DNA of 32,404 bases from Rubrivivax sp. (GCA_031403895.1 JANNGN010000023.1:1-32404); one strand, 5' to 3'. Shown: positions 9,755-19,607, counted from the stretch's first letter. Numbers and translations: made by a program. Notes: generated from the letters alone by a model not told the origin.

Positions 9755-10285
9755 CTCGTCAAAGGCCGGCTGCGGTCTTCGCCGCTCACCTCGGCGCGTG
9801 CTTCGACGGTTTCTGTGATCGCGAGCTCCTCGGCCAGCGCCCACAGGGTGCCGTCTGGGCGCGCAATGCGGTCACGTGCCGTCGAGGAACTTCGCTTCGA
9901 TCGGCCACGCATTGAGTGGCTGCAGCGTCGCCTCGACCGCGAAGAACTGCTCGGTGCGACGCCAGGGCCGGCCGCCGCCAACCCGCTCGGCGCCAAGGCT
10001 GTACACCAGCATCCAACCCACCTGATCGACCCCCGCTCGCGCAGCGATGTCTTGGCTTCGAGACCAACCGCCTGTTCGTGCGCCCCGGCGCTGCGCCTGC
10101 CAACGAATGCTGCGGCCAGTTCGCTTTGCCAACCGATGCCGCAACCCAGTTGGATCACCGATTCACGCACTGGCGCTGTGCCACGCATTGCAATGCGCAG
10201 GAGCCCCGTCTCGAGCTCGCAGTCTCCGCGTTCGAAGCCATCAACGTCGTCCGTCAGTCGTGACCGCACGGCATGGGCAACGTGA
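9755..10285 (-). pseudogene. Multiply frameshifted remnant of a probable exported or outer-membrane protein
   Basis: Protein-like segments in alternating frames: RLTDDVDGFERGDCELETG...QLGCGIGWQSEL...GLEAKTSL; then VGWMLVYSLGAER...EQFFAVEATLQP; then ARDRIARPDGTLWALA...VEARAEVSG. Confidence 0.5.
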
Positions 10286-10387
10286 CAGGCCGTGATGCAG
10301 ATGGCGCGCCACCGCGAAGAGAAATGACTTTGGCAGGCTGGCTTCTACCGGCTGCCCGGGTTGCTCGATTGCGCGGGGCTCGCGGCT

Positions 10388-11167
10388 TCAGGTCGGGCTT
10401 GCGGCTCTTGCGGCTGCGGCCGTCGTCTGGGGACTGACCGGCCCCGACGCCAGCAGCCGCTGCAAGTCGTTCTTCACCACCGCATAACACTCGCAGGTGC
10501 GCTGCTCCAGGCCTGCACGGTCCAGCACAGAGATGTGGCCGCGGCGGTAGCGGATCACGCCCGCCTGCTGCAGCTTGACCGCGACATCGGTGACGCTTTC
10601 GCGCCGCACCCCTAGCGTGTTGGCAATCAGCTCCTGCGTCATCACCAGTTCAACCTGGGGCACGCGGTCCACGGTTGACAGCAACCAGCGGCAGAACTGC
10701 TGTTCGATGGCGTGGTGCCGGTTGCACGCGCCAATCTGCGCGATCTGCGTGATGAGTGCCTGTGAATAGTTCAGCAGCAGGGCGCGAAGCGGACCGCCCG
10801 CTTCGAAAGCCAGCTTGAGCTGGCCCGCCGGCATGCGGTAGGCCGCGCCGGCAATCTGCACCCGGGCCGAACCGGCGGTGGTGTCGCCGCCCATGAATAG
10901 CGCCACGCCGACCATGCCTTCAGGGCCGACGGCGGCGGTCTCTGCAGACGCGCCGCTCATCGTCACGTAATGCAGCGACACGATGGCGGTGGTGGGAAAG
11001 ATGGCGTACGGCAGGCGGCCGTTGGGTTCGTAGATCGATTCGCCCAGGCGCAGTTGCAGCGGTTCCAGGCGCGCGGCCAGGGCGCTGAAGACCGCGTCCG
11101 GCAAGGCGCCCAAAAGATGGTTGCGCCGCGCGCCAACGGGGTCTGTTGTGGGGTGCTGCATCGCCAC
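10388..11167 (-). CDS. Crp/Fnr family transcriptional regulator
   Basis: RNHLLGALP, cNMP-binding-like fold (FPTTAIVSL, VGPEGMVG), ACNRHH..EQQFCRWLL, HTH TQELIANTLGVRRESVT; no FNR-type N-terminal Cys cluster. Confidence 0.93.
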   Translation of the reverse strand: MAMQHPTTDPVGARRNHLLGALPDAVFSALAARLEPLQLRLGESIYEPNGRLPYAIFPTTAIVSLHYVTMSGASAETAAVGPEGMVGVALFMGGDTTAGSARVQIAGAAYRMPAGQLKLAFEAGGPLRALLLNYSQALITQIAQIGACNRHHAIEQQFCRWLLSTVDRVPQVELVMTQELIANTLGVRRESVTDVAVKLQQAGVIRYRRGHISVLDRAGLEQRTCECYAVVKNDLQRLLASGPVSPQTTAAAARAASPT

Positions 11168-11170
11168 GGC

Positions 11171-12010
11171 TCAGGGGCTTGCGGCCAACACTTCCACGCC
11201 AATACCCCGGTACCCGACGAAGCGGCAGGTTTGGTCGAACATCGGCTGCCCGCTGACCCGGAACTGCTGGCGCTTGCCGTCCGGGTGCTGGCGGCTGAAG
11301 GCAAAGTCCAGGAATGGCTCGCGCGCCGCGATGCGCGTGCGCAGGGCCACGCGCTCCTGCTCGTCCCAGCCCGCCTGGTTTGCTGCGTTCGCGCTGCCTT
11401 CGGCCAGCGCGTCGGCCAGCGCACCGACCTGGATGCCCAGCATTTCCAGCACGGGCCCCGAGACTTTGGTGAAAGCGCCGCTCTCGTCCTGCTCCCAGTA
11501 CCAGTCGGACGCCAGTTCGGTCAGGCTGCGAAAGCGCGCTTCGCTTTCGCGCAACTCGGCAGTGCGCTCCAGAATGGTGTCCTCAAGTTGCAGGTTATGC
11601 AGCGCCAGCTTTCGGTAAAGCAGCCGCACTTCAAGCATGTTGTGGATGCGCGTCTGGACCTCGGTCAGGTCCAGCGGCTTGCTGATGAAGTCCTTGGCGC
11701 CGGCTTTCAGCGCGCGCATCTTGTGGCCGGGCTGCGCTGTCAGCACGATCACCGGCAGATAGGGGTCGGTGGCGCTGGTCTTCAGGCCTTCGATGACCTG
11801 GAAACCGTCCATGCCGGGCATCTGCAGGTCGAGCAGGATCAGGTCGTAGTCATGCTTCCTGTGCAAGGCACAGACCGTCGTCGGCTCGCTCGTCGCCGTG
11901 ACATTGGTGTAGCCGGCTTCGCCCAGCAGGCGCTGCAGCATCCGGACATTGGATTCCTGGTCGTCAACGATCAGGATGCGGGCGGCCAGGATGTCGCTGG
12001 TGGTGATCAT
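11171..12010 (-). CDS. Response regulator with REC and PAS domains and no output domain
   Basis: ILIVDD, LILLDLQMPGMDG, VLTA, FISKP; then ESEARFRSLTELASDWYWEQD...GYRGIG (PAS/PAC). Confidence 0.88.
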   Translation of the reverse strand: MITTSDILAARILIVDDQESNVRMLQRLLGEAGYTNVTATSEPTTVCALHRKHDYDLILLDLQMPGMDGFQVIEGLKTSATDPYLPVIVLTAQPGHKMRALKAGAKDFISKPLDLTEVQTRIHNMLEVRLLYRKLALHNLQLEDTILERTAELRESEARFRSLTELASDWYWEQDESGAFTKVSGPVLEMLGIQVGALADALAEGSANAANQAGWDEQERVALRTRIAAREPFLDFAFSRQHPDGKRQQFRVSGQPMFDQTCRFVGYRGIGVEVLAASP

Positions 12011-15000
12011 GGCGTGAGTGCTTTCGAATGGTTGAGAGCCGCTCTGGCTTCAGAGTCGGCCAATGCGGCGTCCAGTGCAGCGTCCAGTGCTTCGGTGAAG
12101 GTCTTGATCTTGATCGGTTTCGTGAGGTAGCGAAAGAAGCCTGCCTGCAGGCCCTTTTCGATGTCATGGCGCATGGCATGGGCGCTGATCGCAATCACCG
12201 GTATGTGTGCGGTGGCCCCGTCCGCAGCCAGCGCCGTCATGGCTTCCAGGCCGCTGATGCCGGGCAGGTTGATGTCCATCAGCACCACGTCGGGCCGCTG
12301 GCTGCGCGCCATCTGCAGACCCTGCTCGCCGTCACTGGCCAGCAGCAACTGCACGCCGCCGTGCTGTGCCAGCAGCCGCCGCATCAGCACCAGGTTGGCT
12401 GGGTTGTCTTCCACGCACAGCACGGTGGCCTGCCGCTGGGGCTGCGCTGTTGCGAGCCCTGCACCGACAGCGCGCGCTTGGGCAGCTTCGGCAGCTTCGG
12501 CCGCTTCCGCAGCTTCGGCATCAAGCGCCTGCTGAGCCTGGTCGGACGTGGACAACAGGTCGGCGCTGGCGTCAAGCTCGACCCAGAACACGCTGCCCTG
12601 GCCGGCTGTGCTGTGTACCCCAATGCGCCCGCCCATCAGTTCCACCAGATGCTTGCTCAGTGCCAGGCCGATGCCGGTGCCTGCGATGACACCCGTCTCC
12701 TGGCCCAGGCGTTCAAAAGGCTGGAAGAGTTGCGCCAGCTGTTCGGTGCTCATGCCGCTGCCGCTGTCCTGCACGCTGATGCGCACACGGCCCGCCGCCG
12801 CCACGCTGCAGCGCACCTCCACCGTGCCGCCCGGGCGGTTGTATTTGATGGCATTGCTGAGCAGGTTGATGAGAATCTGCTTCATGCGCGTGCGGTCCGC
12901 GCTGACCCTGCAGCTGTCATTGACAGGCTCAAAGCTGAGCGTGATCCCGCTCTGCGCGGCCTGTGTCGCAACCATGGCGTGGCAGTCGCTCAGCACATCG
13001 ACCAAGGGCACCGCTTCCAGCACAATCGGCAGGCGGCCCGACTCGATCAGCGCCAGGTCCAGAATCTCGTCGATCAGGCCCAGCAGGTACCAGCCGGCCT
13101 TGAGTATCTCGGTCACACCCTCCTGCTGCAGCGGTGTCGGTGGCGGTGACCCCCGCTGCAGCAACTGGGCAAAGCCCAGCACCGCATTCAAAGGCGAGCG
13201 CAGTTCGTGGCTCATGCGGGACAGGAAGTCCGACTTCGCGTGGTTGGCGTCCTCGGCAGCGGCCAACGCGGCGATCAGATCGGCTTCGATGCCCTTGCGC
13301 GCGGTCACGTCAGTGGCGGTGCCGACGAACTCCAGCACCTGCCCCTGCGCGTCGCGGCCAAACACGGTATCGCTCTGGTGCAGCCAGCGCCAGAGACCGG
13401 CGTGGTCGCGCACGCGGTACTCGAAGTCGAGCACGTCGCCGTCAGCTGATGCAAAGACGCGCTCGAAGTGCAGCTCCATCGCCGCCACATCGTCCGCGTG
13501 CAGCACCCGCTGCAGGAAGCCCTGGCCCATCAGCGCGATGTCGCGCGCCGAATAGCCGAGCGTGTCGCCCAGGTGGCGGTTGACCCACAGGTTGCGCCGC
13601 TCGGCACGGCTGTAAACGTGCAGCGTGCTCGGCATGCCGTGGGTCAGCCTTTCAACGAAGCGGCGTTGCAAGTCCAGCTGCGCCAGCGTCGCCCGCTTCT
13701 CGGTGATGTCCTCGATGGCGCCGATGAAGTACAGCGGCAGCCCTTCAGCGTCGCGCAGCAACGTTGCGGTAACCGATGCCCAGACATGGCGCCCGCTCAG
13801 GTGGATGAAGCGCTTTTCCAGCGTGAACGAGTTGATCTCGCCCGAGCGCAGGCGTTGTAGCTGGTCCAGGTTGTTGCCCAGGTCTTCGGGGTGCGTGATG
13901 TCGGCGAAGGCCATGCCTGTCAGCGCTTCGGCCGTGTAGCCCGTCAGGCGGCACAGGGCCGGGTTGACGCGCAGCCAGCGGTTGTCCAGCCCTAGATGGA
14001 CGATGCCGATGGCGACGTTCTCGAAGGTCGCGCGAAACTGTTCCTCGCTGGCGCGAAGCGCTGCTTCGGCCTTCTTGCGGTCGCTGATGTCGAGGTTGGT
14101 TGCAAAAGACTTCAGCGGCCTGCCCTCGGGGCCAAGCACCACGGACCAGCGGGTTTCGATCCACCGCTCGACCCCGTCTTCACCCAGGACCCGGTAGTCG
14201 AGATTGCCCACCGGCTTGCCGGAGAAGAAGTCTTGCAGGGCAGATTGCACCGAAGCGCGATCATTCGGCACCACATGGTCAAGCAGCGCTTGAACGCCGA
14301 CCGATCCTGCATCTTCCTGGTCGCCCGGTGATCCATAACCCATCACCGCAGAAAAGTTGTCGGGCGTTCTTGCCTCGCCGCTTGCCAGGTCAACTTCCAC
14401 GTAAGTCAGCCGTGCCGACTGCGTCGCATAACCCAGACGCCACTCGTTTTCACGCGTTCTCTGTTGCGCCAGGTAGCGCTCGGAGATGTCGCGGAAATAA
14501 CAGACCACTCCATGGCTGCCATCGGGCAGTGGAATGCGGTTGATCTGCCACTCGTGGAAAGTAGTTGCTTCGCGGTCAGTCCGCTGGCCGACGGTTTCGG
14601 GGGCGATGTAGGCTTCGCCGGTGGCCAGCGTATGGCGGAACCGGCTGATCATTTCATCGGCCTGCGCAGGTTCCCAGATGGAATGCATGACCGCGCCGAA
14701 GTCGCTTCCGATCAGATTCGGAAACTCTCCGAATTCAGGCAATCCGACGGGGTTCACATGCCGAACAAGAAAGTCGGCGTCCACCAGGTAAATGCCCATC
14801 GGGGCGTTGTTGACCAGGGTTTCGAACTGGTGGGTGCGCAGCAGCAGGCTGTCTTCAGTCAGTTTGCGCTGCGTCACATCGCGCGAAATGGCCAACAGTT
14901 GCACGGGCTTGAGATGCTCATCATGGATGGGCGAGATGGCCACGTCCCACCACTTGGGTTCGCCGCGAAATGTGCGAAAGAAGCCAACAAACTTTCCGGT

Positions 15001-16353
15001 CTCACCCGTTACCGCTGACGCAATGGCCGCCAGCGCATTGCTGCGATCTTCTCCGCTCCAGAATTCAACCCACGACTTGTTCAGGAAGGGGCGGATATCT
15101 TCAATGCCCAGCAGCTCTTGCCCGCTGCGCATGGACAGCAAGTTGCCTTGCAGGTCAAGCACCTTGATGCAATCGGGGCTGCTGGCAATGATGCTGCGGC
15201 TGAATGCTTCGCTCGCGCGCAATGCATCCTCGGCCAGCCTGCGCTGGGCAATATCTTTGCAGATGATTGCAACACGCCGATAATTTTTGCCTTCGGTCCT
15301 GAATGCATGCAGTTCCAGCAAACGGCCCTGGGCAGCGAGAGGGCGTTCAAATCGTGCCGAGACGCCGGTTTCGTGTACGGCGTCAAAGCTCAGCAGCCAA
15401 TCGTCGGCTTCGGCAGAGTCGTCAGGGAATGCCTGGCGAATGGTCTTGCCGACAATCGCGCTGTCGCCGGCAAGGGCCGCAAAAGCCGGGTTGGCTTCGA
15501 GAAAGCGAAAGTCGAGTGCTTTGCCCGCTTCGTCTGCCACCTTTTCGATGATGCAAAAGCCCTCATCGATAGACTCGAAAACGGTGTGAAAGCGCCTTTC
15601 GCCGGCACGCAGTTCGGCATTCAGAGACTCCATTTCCAAGGCAAACCGAATCGGAACGTCTGCCAGGCTGCGCGCGAAATCCGCTTGCTCGATGGCTGCG
15701 TCCAATGCAGCCACCGACTGGTAGGCCGCAGCGGCAAAGCGGCTCAGGCTTTCAAGCTGCCGCAGGTCTTCGGCGTCGAACTGGCGCTGTGGGTCGTGGG
15801 CAATGGCCCACAGGGTGCCGACCGTTTTGCCGCCGACGTGAAAGGGCACCAGCAAACACTCTTCGGCCTTCGGCGTAACCGGCAACAGGTACAGATAGCG
15901 CTGTTCGATATGCTTGAAGAGCAGCGGCGCGTTGCGGTCAAGCACGTCGCCGCACGGGCTGAAGCCACGCGGTGTGCCGCCGCCCACATGGTGCTGCCAC
16001 TGGCCAGCAACGGCAGGCCAGAAGAAATTCTGTCCATCCTTGCTCAGCAGGCTGACACCGGCAGAACCCGCATTGAGGGATTCCGTGACGGTATCGGCCA
16101 GCGTCTGCAGCACGGCGCGCGGCGCATCCGCCAACACCCGGGCCAGCGTCAACAGCGAGCGGTTCTCTGCCTCGAAGTCGGGTTTGCGGCGCGGGCGGCG
16201 TTGCAATTCCTCGGTACACAGAATGGCTGCCAGCGGCACCGGGATCAACGACTCTGCTGGCAGGCGCTGCGCGGCACCACTTTGTGGCCAAACCTGGTCG
16301 GGTTGCTGAACGGAATCGATCACCGGGTTGGCCGAGAGTGGACGCTGCATCAT
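12007..16353 (-). CDS. Cytoplasmic hybrid sensor histidine kinase (GAF, about 6 PAS, HisKA, HATPase, REC)
   Basis: GAF (PCGDVLDR, ECLLVPF, FDAED); repeated PAS/PAC ends (DIAQRR, DVTQRK, DISER, DISDRK, DITEKR, DVTARK); H-box MSHELRSPLN; N-box NLLSNAIKYN; GTGIGL; REC VEDN...LMDINLPG...LTKP. Confidence 0.93.
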   Translation of the reverse strand: MMQRPLSANPVIDSVQQPDQVWPQSGAAQRLPAESLIPVPLAAILCTEELQRRPRRKPDFEAENRSLLTLARVLADAPRAVLQTLADTVTESLNAGSAGVSLLSKDGQNFFWPAVAGQWQHHVGGGTPRGFSPCGDVLDRNAPLLFKHIEQRYLYLLPVTPKAEECLLVPFHVGGKTVGTLWAIAHDPQRQFDAEDLRQLESLSRFAAAAYQSVAALDAAIEQADFARSLADVPIRFALEMESLNAELRAGERRFHTVFESIDEGFCIIEKVADEAGKALDFRFLEANPAFAALAGDSAIVGKTIRQAFPDDSAEADDWLLSFDAVHETGVSARFERPLAAQGRLLELHAFRTEGKNYRRVAIICKDIAQRRLAEDALRASEAFSRSIIASSPDCIKVLDLQGNLLSMRSGQELLGIEDIRPFLNKSWVEFWSGEDRSNALAAIASAVTGETGKFVGFFRTFRGEPKWWDVAISPIHDEHLKPVQLLAISRDVTQRKLTEDSLLLRTHQFETLVNNAPMGIYLVDADFLVRHVNPVGLPEFGEFPNLIGSDFGAVMHSIWEPAQADEMISRFRHTLATGEAYIAPETVGQRTDREATTFHEWQINRIPLPDGSHGVVCYFRDISERYLAQQRTRENEWRLGYATQSARLTYVEVDLASGEARTPDNFSAVMGYGSPGDQEDAGSVGVQALLDHVVPNDRASVQSALQDFFSGKPVGNLDYRVLGEDGVERWIETRWSVVLGPEGRPLKSFATNLDISDRKKAEAALRASEEQFRATFENVAIGIVHLGLDNRWLRVNPALCRLTGYTAEALTGMAFADITHPEDLGNNLDQLQRLRSGEINSFTLEKRFIHLSGRHVWASVTATLLRDAEGLPLYFIGAIEDITEKRATLAQLDLQRRFVERLTHGMPSTLHVYSRAERRNLWVNRHLGDTLGYSARDIALMGQGFLQRVLHADDVAAMELHFERVFASADGDVLDFEYRVRDHAGLWRWLHQSDTVFGRDAQGQVLEFVGTATDVTARKGIEADLIAALAAAEDANHAKSDFLSRMSHELRSPLNAVLGFAQLLQRGSPPPTPLQQEGVTEILKAGWYLLGLIDEILDLALIESGRLPIVLEAVPLVDVLSDCHAMVATQAAQSGITLSFEPVNDSCRVSADRTRMKQILINLLSNAIKYNRPGGTVEVRCSVAAAGRVRISVQDSGSGMSTEQLAQLFQPFERLGQETGVIAGTGIGLALSKHLVELMGGRIGVHSTAGQGSVFWVELDASADLLSTSDQAQQALDAEAAEAAEAAEAAQARAVGAGLATAQPQRQATVLCVEDNPANLVLMRRLLAQHGGVQLLLASDGEQGLQMARSQRPDVVLMDINLPGISGLEAMTALAADGATAHIPVIAISAHAMRHDIEKGLQAGFFRYLTKPIKIKTFTEALDAALDAALADSEARAALNHSKALTP

Positions 16354-16386
16354 TCTGCTATTGAAACAGAGTCGGGTTCAGCCCCG

Positions 16387-16405
16387 TGTGCGGCGGCGCA
16401 CGGAC
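16387..16405 (+). promoter_or_regulatory. Putative Crp-family binding site TGTGCG-GCGG-CGCACG-GAC
   Basis: Imperfect palindrome in the divergent kinase/lipoprotein intergenic region; one of four related copies. Confidence 0.6.
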
Positions 16406-16623
16406 GGGGCTTTCGCCGGGCCGGATGGTGAATGAGATCGCAGGTTGCAGCACTGCATCCGCAAAAGAGTGTGGCGCGCCACCGTCCTACAGGCTCACAC
16501 GGCGTTGGCCCTGTTCCAGTGCCCCCTGCGGGTGTGACAGTCAGTCTGGATGCGGTTGCGGGCTGGCAGATGAAAGCCCACTCAACGCGCATCGTTCTGA
16601 GGTCTGTCCTGAAAGGAAATCCG

Positions 16624-16956
16624 ATGCCAAAGCACATCACCGTCGCCGCCTGCTGCCTGGTCGCACTGACGCTGACTGCCTGCGACAGAGAGAGGCTTGC
16701 GCCGCCACTGCCCCGGGTTGAATCAGCGTCGGCCAACACCGGATCGGCAGCGCCCATGGCTGGTAGCACTTCAGTGCCAGCGGCAGACGCGGTGTTTTCG
16801 CCAGCGACTTCGACGCCCAAACCAGCCTCCACGTCGTTGCGAAGCAACAAGACAATGACAGCCGCTGAGGAGTCCGCCGCCATGCCGTTGGCTGGGCAGA
16901 ACAATGACCATTCAGCACCGACGGCGGCAGCCGCTCGCGCCAGCGGCCCAAGGTAG
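16624..16956 (+). CDS. Small low-complexity lipoprotein
   Basis: MPKHITVAACCLVALTLTAC signal peptide with LTAC lipobox; AAAGGAAA RBS-like sequence upstream; C-terminal ESAAMPLAGQNNDHS. Confidence 0.7.
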   Translation: MPKHITVAACCLVALTLTACDRERLAPPLPRVESASANTGSAAPMAGSTSVPAADAVFSPATSTPKPASTSLRSNKTMTAAEESAAMPLAGQNNDHSAPTAAAARASGPR

Positions 16957-16980
16957 AAAACGCGCCCTGGCGTTTGATGG

Positions 16981-17442
16981 CTATAAAAGTTCTTCTACCG
17001 TGAAGCGGCGGTAGTAAACCGCCAGCACCGCGCCACAACTGCGCGCGCTGGCAGCAACAACGGCCGCGTGCTCGGAGTCATTCACTTTGACCAGCAGCCA
17101 GCGATAACCCTGCTGCGCCAACGCCAGGTAGCGGCGCAGCATCGTGATCTCGTAGCCAAAGCCGGCCATCGCGCCAGCGTTATCGACCATCGTTTCCAAC
17201 TCGGCCGCACTTTCGCTCGGCGTGAAGTGCAGCACCGCGCCATCGGTCCAGCCCGCGCCAAGCAAGGAGGCGACCAATTTGTCGATGTGTTTCTGGGTTG
17301 GCAAGCCCACCATCACATGGCCCACCGGCTTGAAGACGCCGAAGGAAGTGGGCAGGCTGGCTGCGTTCAGTGCGTGGTCCGAGTCTGGCGCCACGGGCAA
17401 CGCGGGTGACTCGGAAGCGGCAGTTGGAGACAGGGTGTTCAT
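16981..17442 (-). CDS. Hypothetical protein
   Basis: Globular-looking sequence PTSFGVFKPVGHVMV...GFGYEITMLRRY...AVYYRRFTVEELL; directly downstream of the hydrolase gene. Confidence 0.75.
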   Translation of the reverse strand: MNTLSPTAASESPALPVAPDSDHALNAASLPTSFGVFKPVGHVMVGLPTQKHIDKLVASLLGAGWTDGAVLHFTPSESAAELETMVDNAGAMAGFGYEITMLRRYLALAQQGYRWLLVKVNDSEHAAVVAASARSCGAVLAVYYRRFTVEELL

Positions 17443-17461
17443 GCCGTGTTCAGTGTCTGTC

Positions 17462-18283
17462 TCACTGGCGCACGAAGGCCAGCAGGTCGGCTGCCAGGCG
17501 CTGCTTCTCGGTGGCAAACAGGCCGTGCGGCGCGCCGTCGTATTCGATCAGCGTGGATTGCGCGATGGCCCTGTGCGCGGGGCGCGCCGAGGCGTCGATC
17601 GGCACCGTCTTGTCGGCCGTGCCGTGGATGATCAGCGTCGGCACGCGGAAGGCTTCCAGGTCGCCCCGGAAGTCGGTGCTGGAGAACGACTTTGCGCATT
17701 CGAGCGTGGCGCGCAGGCTGGCCTGCAGGGCTTGGCTGCGCGCCCAGTCGATAAGCTCGCTGCTGACGGGATGGCTGAGCAGGCCGACACCGAAGAAGTC
17801 CTTGAAAAAACCGGCGAAGAACAGCGCCCGGTCGGCACGCATGCGCGCGGCCATGTCTTCGAAGACTGCCTCTTCAGTGCCGTGCGGGTTGCTGGCGGAC
17901 TTGAGCATGCAAGGCACGATGGAAGCAATGAGCGCCGCCTTGGCCACCGAGCGCCCGCCGTGGCGCGACAGGTAGCGCGCCACTTCACCGCCGCCCATCG
18001 AAAAGCCCACCAGCACGGCGTCCTGCACGCCGGTTTGCTGGATGACGGTGGCCAAGTCGTCGGACAGGGTGTCGTAGTCGTAGCCGCCGAAGGGCTGCGA
18101 CGAGCGCCCGAAACCGCGCCGGTCGTAGGCGATGACGCGGTAGCCCGAGCCGGCCAGCACCATCGCCTGGTCGTCCCAGCTATCGGCAGTCAAGGGCCAG
18201 CCCGAGAGCAGGATGACCGGCTTGCCGGCGCCCCAGTCCTTCAGGTACAGCGTGGTCTTGTCGGGCGTGGTGACGTGGTGCAT
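17462..18283 (-). CDS. Alpha/beta hydrolase, non-heme chloroperoxidase/arylesterase family
   Basis: LYLKDWG, GWPL, YDRRGFGRSSQP, GFSMGG nucleophile elbow, HGTADKTVP, GAPHG; AGGAG RBS. Confidence 0.92.
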   Translation of the reverse strand: MHHVTTPDKTTLYLKDWGAGKPVILLSGWPLTADSWDDQAMVLAGSGYRVIAYDRRGFGRSSQPFGGYDYDTLSDDLATVIQQTGVQDAVLVGFSMGGGEVARYLSRHGGRSVAKAALIASIVPCMLKSASNPHGTEEAVFEDMAARMRADRALFFAGFFKDFFGVGLLSHPVSSELIDWARSQALQASLRATLECAKSFSSTDFRGDLEAFRVPTLIIHGTADKTVPIDASARPAHRAIAQSTLIEYDGAPHGLFATEKQRLAADLLAFVRQ

Positions 18284-18343
18284 GGGGCTCCTTTTGCGCG
18301 CCGGGGCGGCAGGTCAGGAATGATGCGGCGGCGGCGGGCGGCG

Positions 18344-18362
18344 CTCTGTTCGGTTGCGCACA
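18344..18362 (-). promoter_or_regulatory. Putative Crp-family binding site TGTGCG-CAAC-CGAACA-GAG
   Basis: About 60 bp upstream of the hydrolase ATG and oriented toward it. Confidence 0.62.
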
Positions 18363-18437
18363 TGGCTGCGGCGCAGTTGGGGCGGGGTTGTGGTTGTCCG
18401 CAGCCGATGACTGCCGCCGGCAGCCGCTATCGCGGCT

Positions 18438-19508
18438 TCACTTCGTGCGCGGCCACTTGATCTGCTTGTCGGGCTGGCTCAGGCGCCCGGCGCGAAGTTC
18501 CTTCACCGCCTGCACCACCGAGCGCGCGACGTTGCGCACCTCTTCCTGCACGCCCTTGTCCTTGTCCAGCGCGTCGTGGCTGTTGTAGTAGCCCTCGTAG
18601 TAGCCAATGTAGCGGTCGAGCTTGGCGGCGGCGCCGGCGTCGATGAGCCCCATCCAGTCAAGCCAGTCGCAGAGGTTGCGGCGGTGTACTTCGACACCGG
18701 CCACGTCGCCGTGTACAACGACACCATAGACGCGGCCGGCGACGTGCTTGGGGTAGTCCCAACCCTTCTCTTCGATGCGCTTGGCTTCGGCCACTTTCTT
18801 GCCGTGTGTGCTGGTCGGGTCGGGGTTGCCGCCGTCGGCGCAGACCATGCGGTCGATCATCAGCTTGAGCGGGCTCGGCGACTGGTACCAGTAGGTCGGC
18901 GCCAGGATGATGACGGCATGGGCCGCGACCCAGCGTTCGTAGATTTCTGCCATCCAGTCGGCCGCCTGGTCGAGCGCGTGGTTGGGGTAGCAGCTGCAGG
19001 GCCAGTGGCACAGCGGCATCGCGCTCGACACGCAACCTTTGCAGGGGTGGATGGTGCGGCCGTACTCCGAGGTCACCAGGCTCAGGTCCAGCACATCGGC
19101 CTTGATGCCCGCGCGTTCGACGGCGCGCTGCGCAATCTCGGTCAGGCGCCAGGTCTTCGACACTTCACCGGGGCAGGTGCCGTCGTTGCGCGCGCTGCCG
19201 CAGATCAGCAACACCTGCGACGGCGTGGCGCTGTCGCTCCAGCGCTTTTGCGCCGCGCGCAGGCGCTGGCGCGTGTCCAGCCACTGCACTGACACCTCAT
19301 AGCGCGGGTTGGCAAAGCCGCGCCCGGCGGGCCGCGTGATGGGCGCTTTGCGCCCCTCTTGCATCGCGTCCCAGGCAATGTCCTCAAGCCGCGCGATGGC
19401 CTCGTGTTCGCCCTCGAAGGCGGGGTCGTAGAAGCGCAGCATGAAGCGCTCATGGAACTGCGCGCGCGTCAGCGGCGCTGGCGCCTGGCCGGTTCGAATC
19501 TTGGTCAT
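18438..19508 (-). CDS. Flavodoxin-fold NADPH-dependent FMN reductase / iron-sulfur flavoprotein-like protein
   Basis: ICGSAR, CPGEVSKT, Cys cluster HPCKGCVSSAMPLCHWPCSC, APTYWYQ, LKLMIDRMVC, VVVHGD. Start at MTKIRTGQ assumed. Confidence 0.85.
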   Translation of the reverse strand: MTKIRTGQAPAPLTRAQFHERFMLRFYDPAFEGEHEAIARLEDIAWDAMQEGRKAPITRPAGRGFANPRYEVSVQWLDTRQRLRAAQKRWSDSATPSQVLLICGSARNDGTCPGEVSKTWRLTEIAQRAVERAGIKADVLDLSLVTSEYGRTIHPCKGCVSSAMPLCHWPCSCYPNHALDQAADWMAEIYERWVAAHAVIILAPTYWYQSPSPLKLMIDRMVCADGGNPDPTSTHGKKVAEAKRIEEKGWDYPKHVAGRVYGVVVHGDVAGVEVHRRNLCDWLDWMGLIDAGAAAKLDRYIGYYEGYYNSHDALDKDKGVQEEVRNVARSVVQAVKELRAGRLSQPDKQIKWPRTK

Positions 19509-19588
19509 CTTGCGAGCCCCAGTTGACGGTGTTGAGGGTATTGACGGCATGGCAACGGCGGATGGTGCTGGCCGCGATGCGCATCAAC

Positions 19589-19607
19589 CGTTCGACACCG
19601 CACAGAC
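19589..19607 (+). promoter_or_regulatory. Putative Crp-family binding site CGTTCG-ACAC-CGCACA-GAC
   Basis: In the divergent intergenic region, about 70 bp upstream of ATG 19678. Confidence 0.6.

Noticed and set aside
16471-16482. Perfect palindrome GTGGCGCGCCAC
   Set aside because: A single GC-rich copy that does not fit the repeated box spacing; plausible by chance.
16957-16980. Possible terminator between convergent genes (AAACGC...GCGTTT)
   Set aside because: The stem is short and weak; not enough support.
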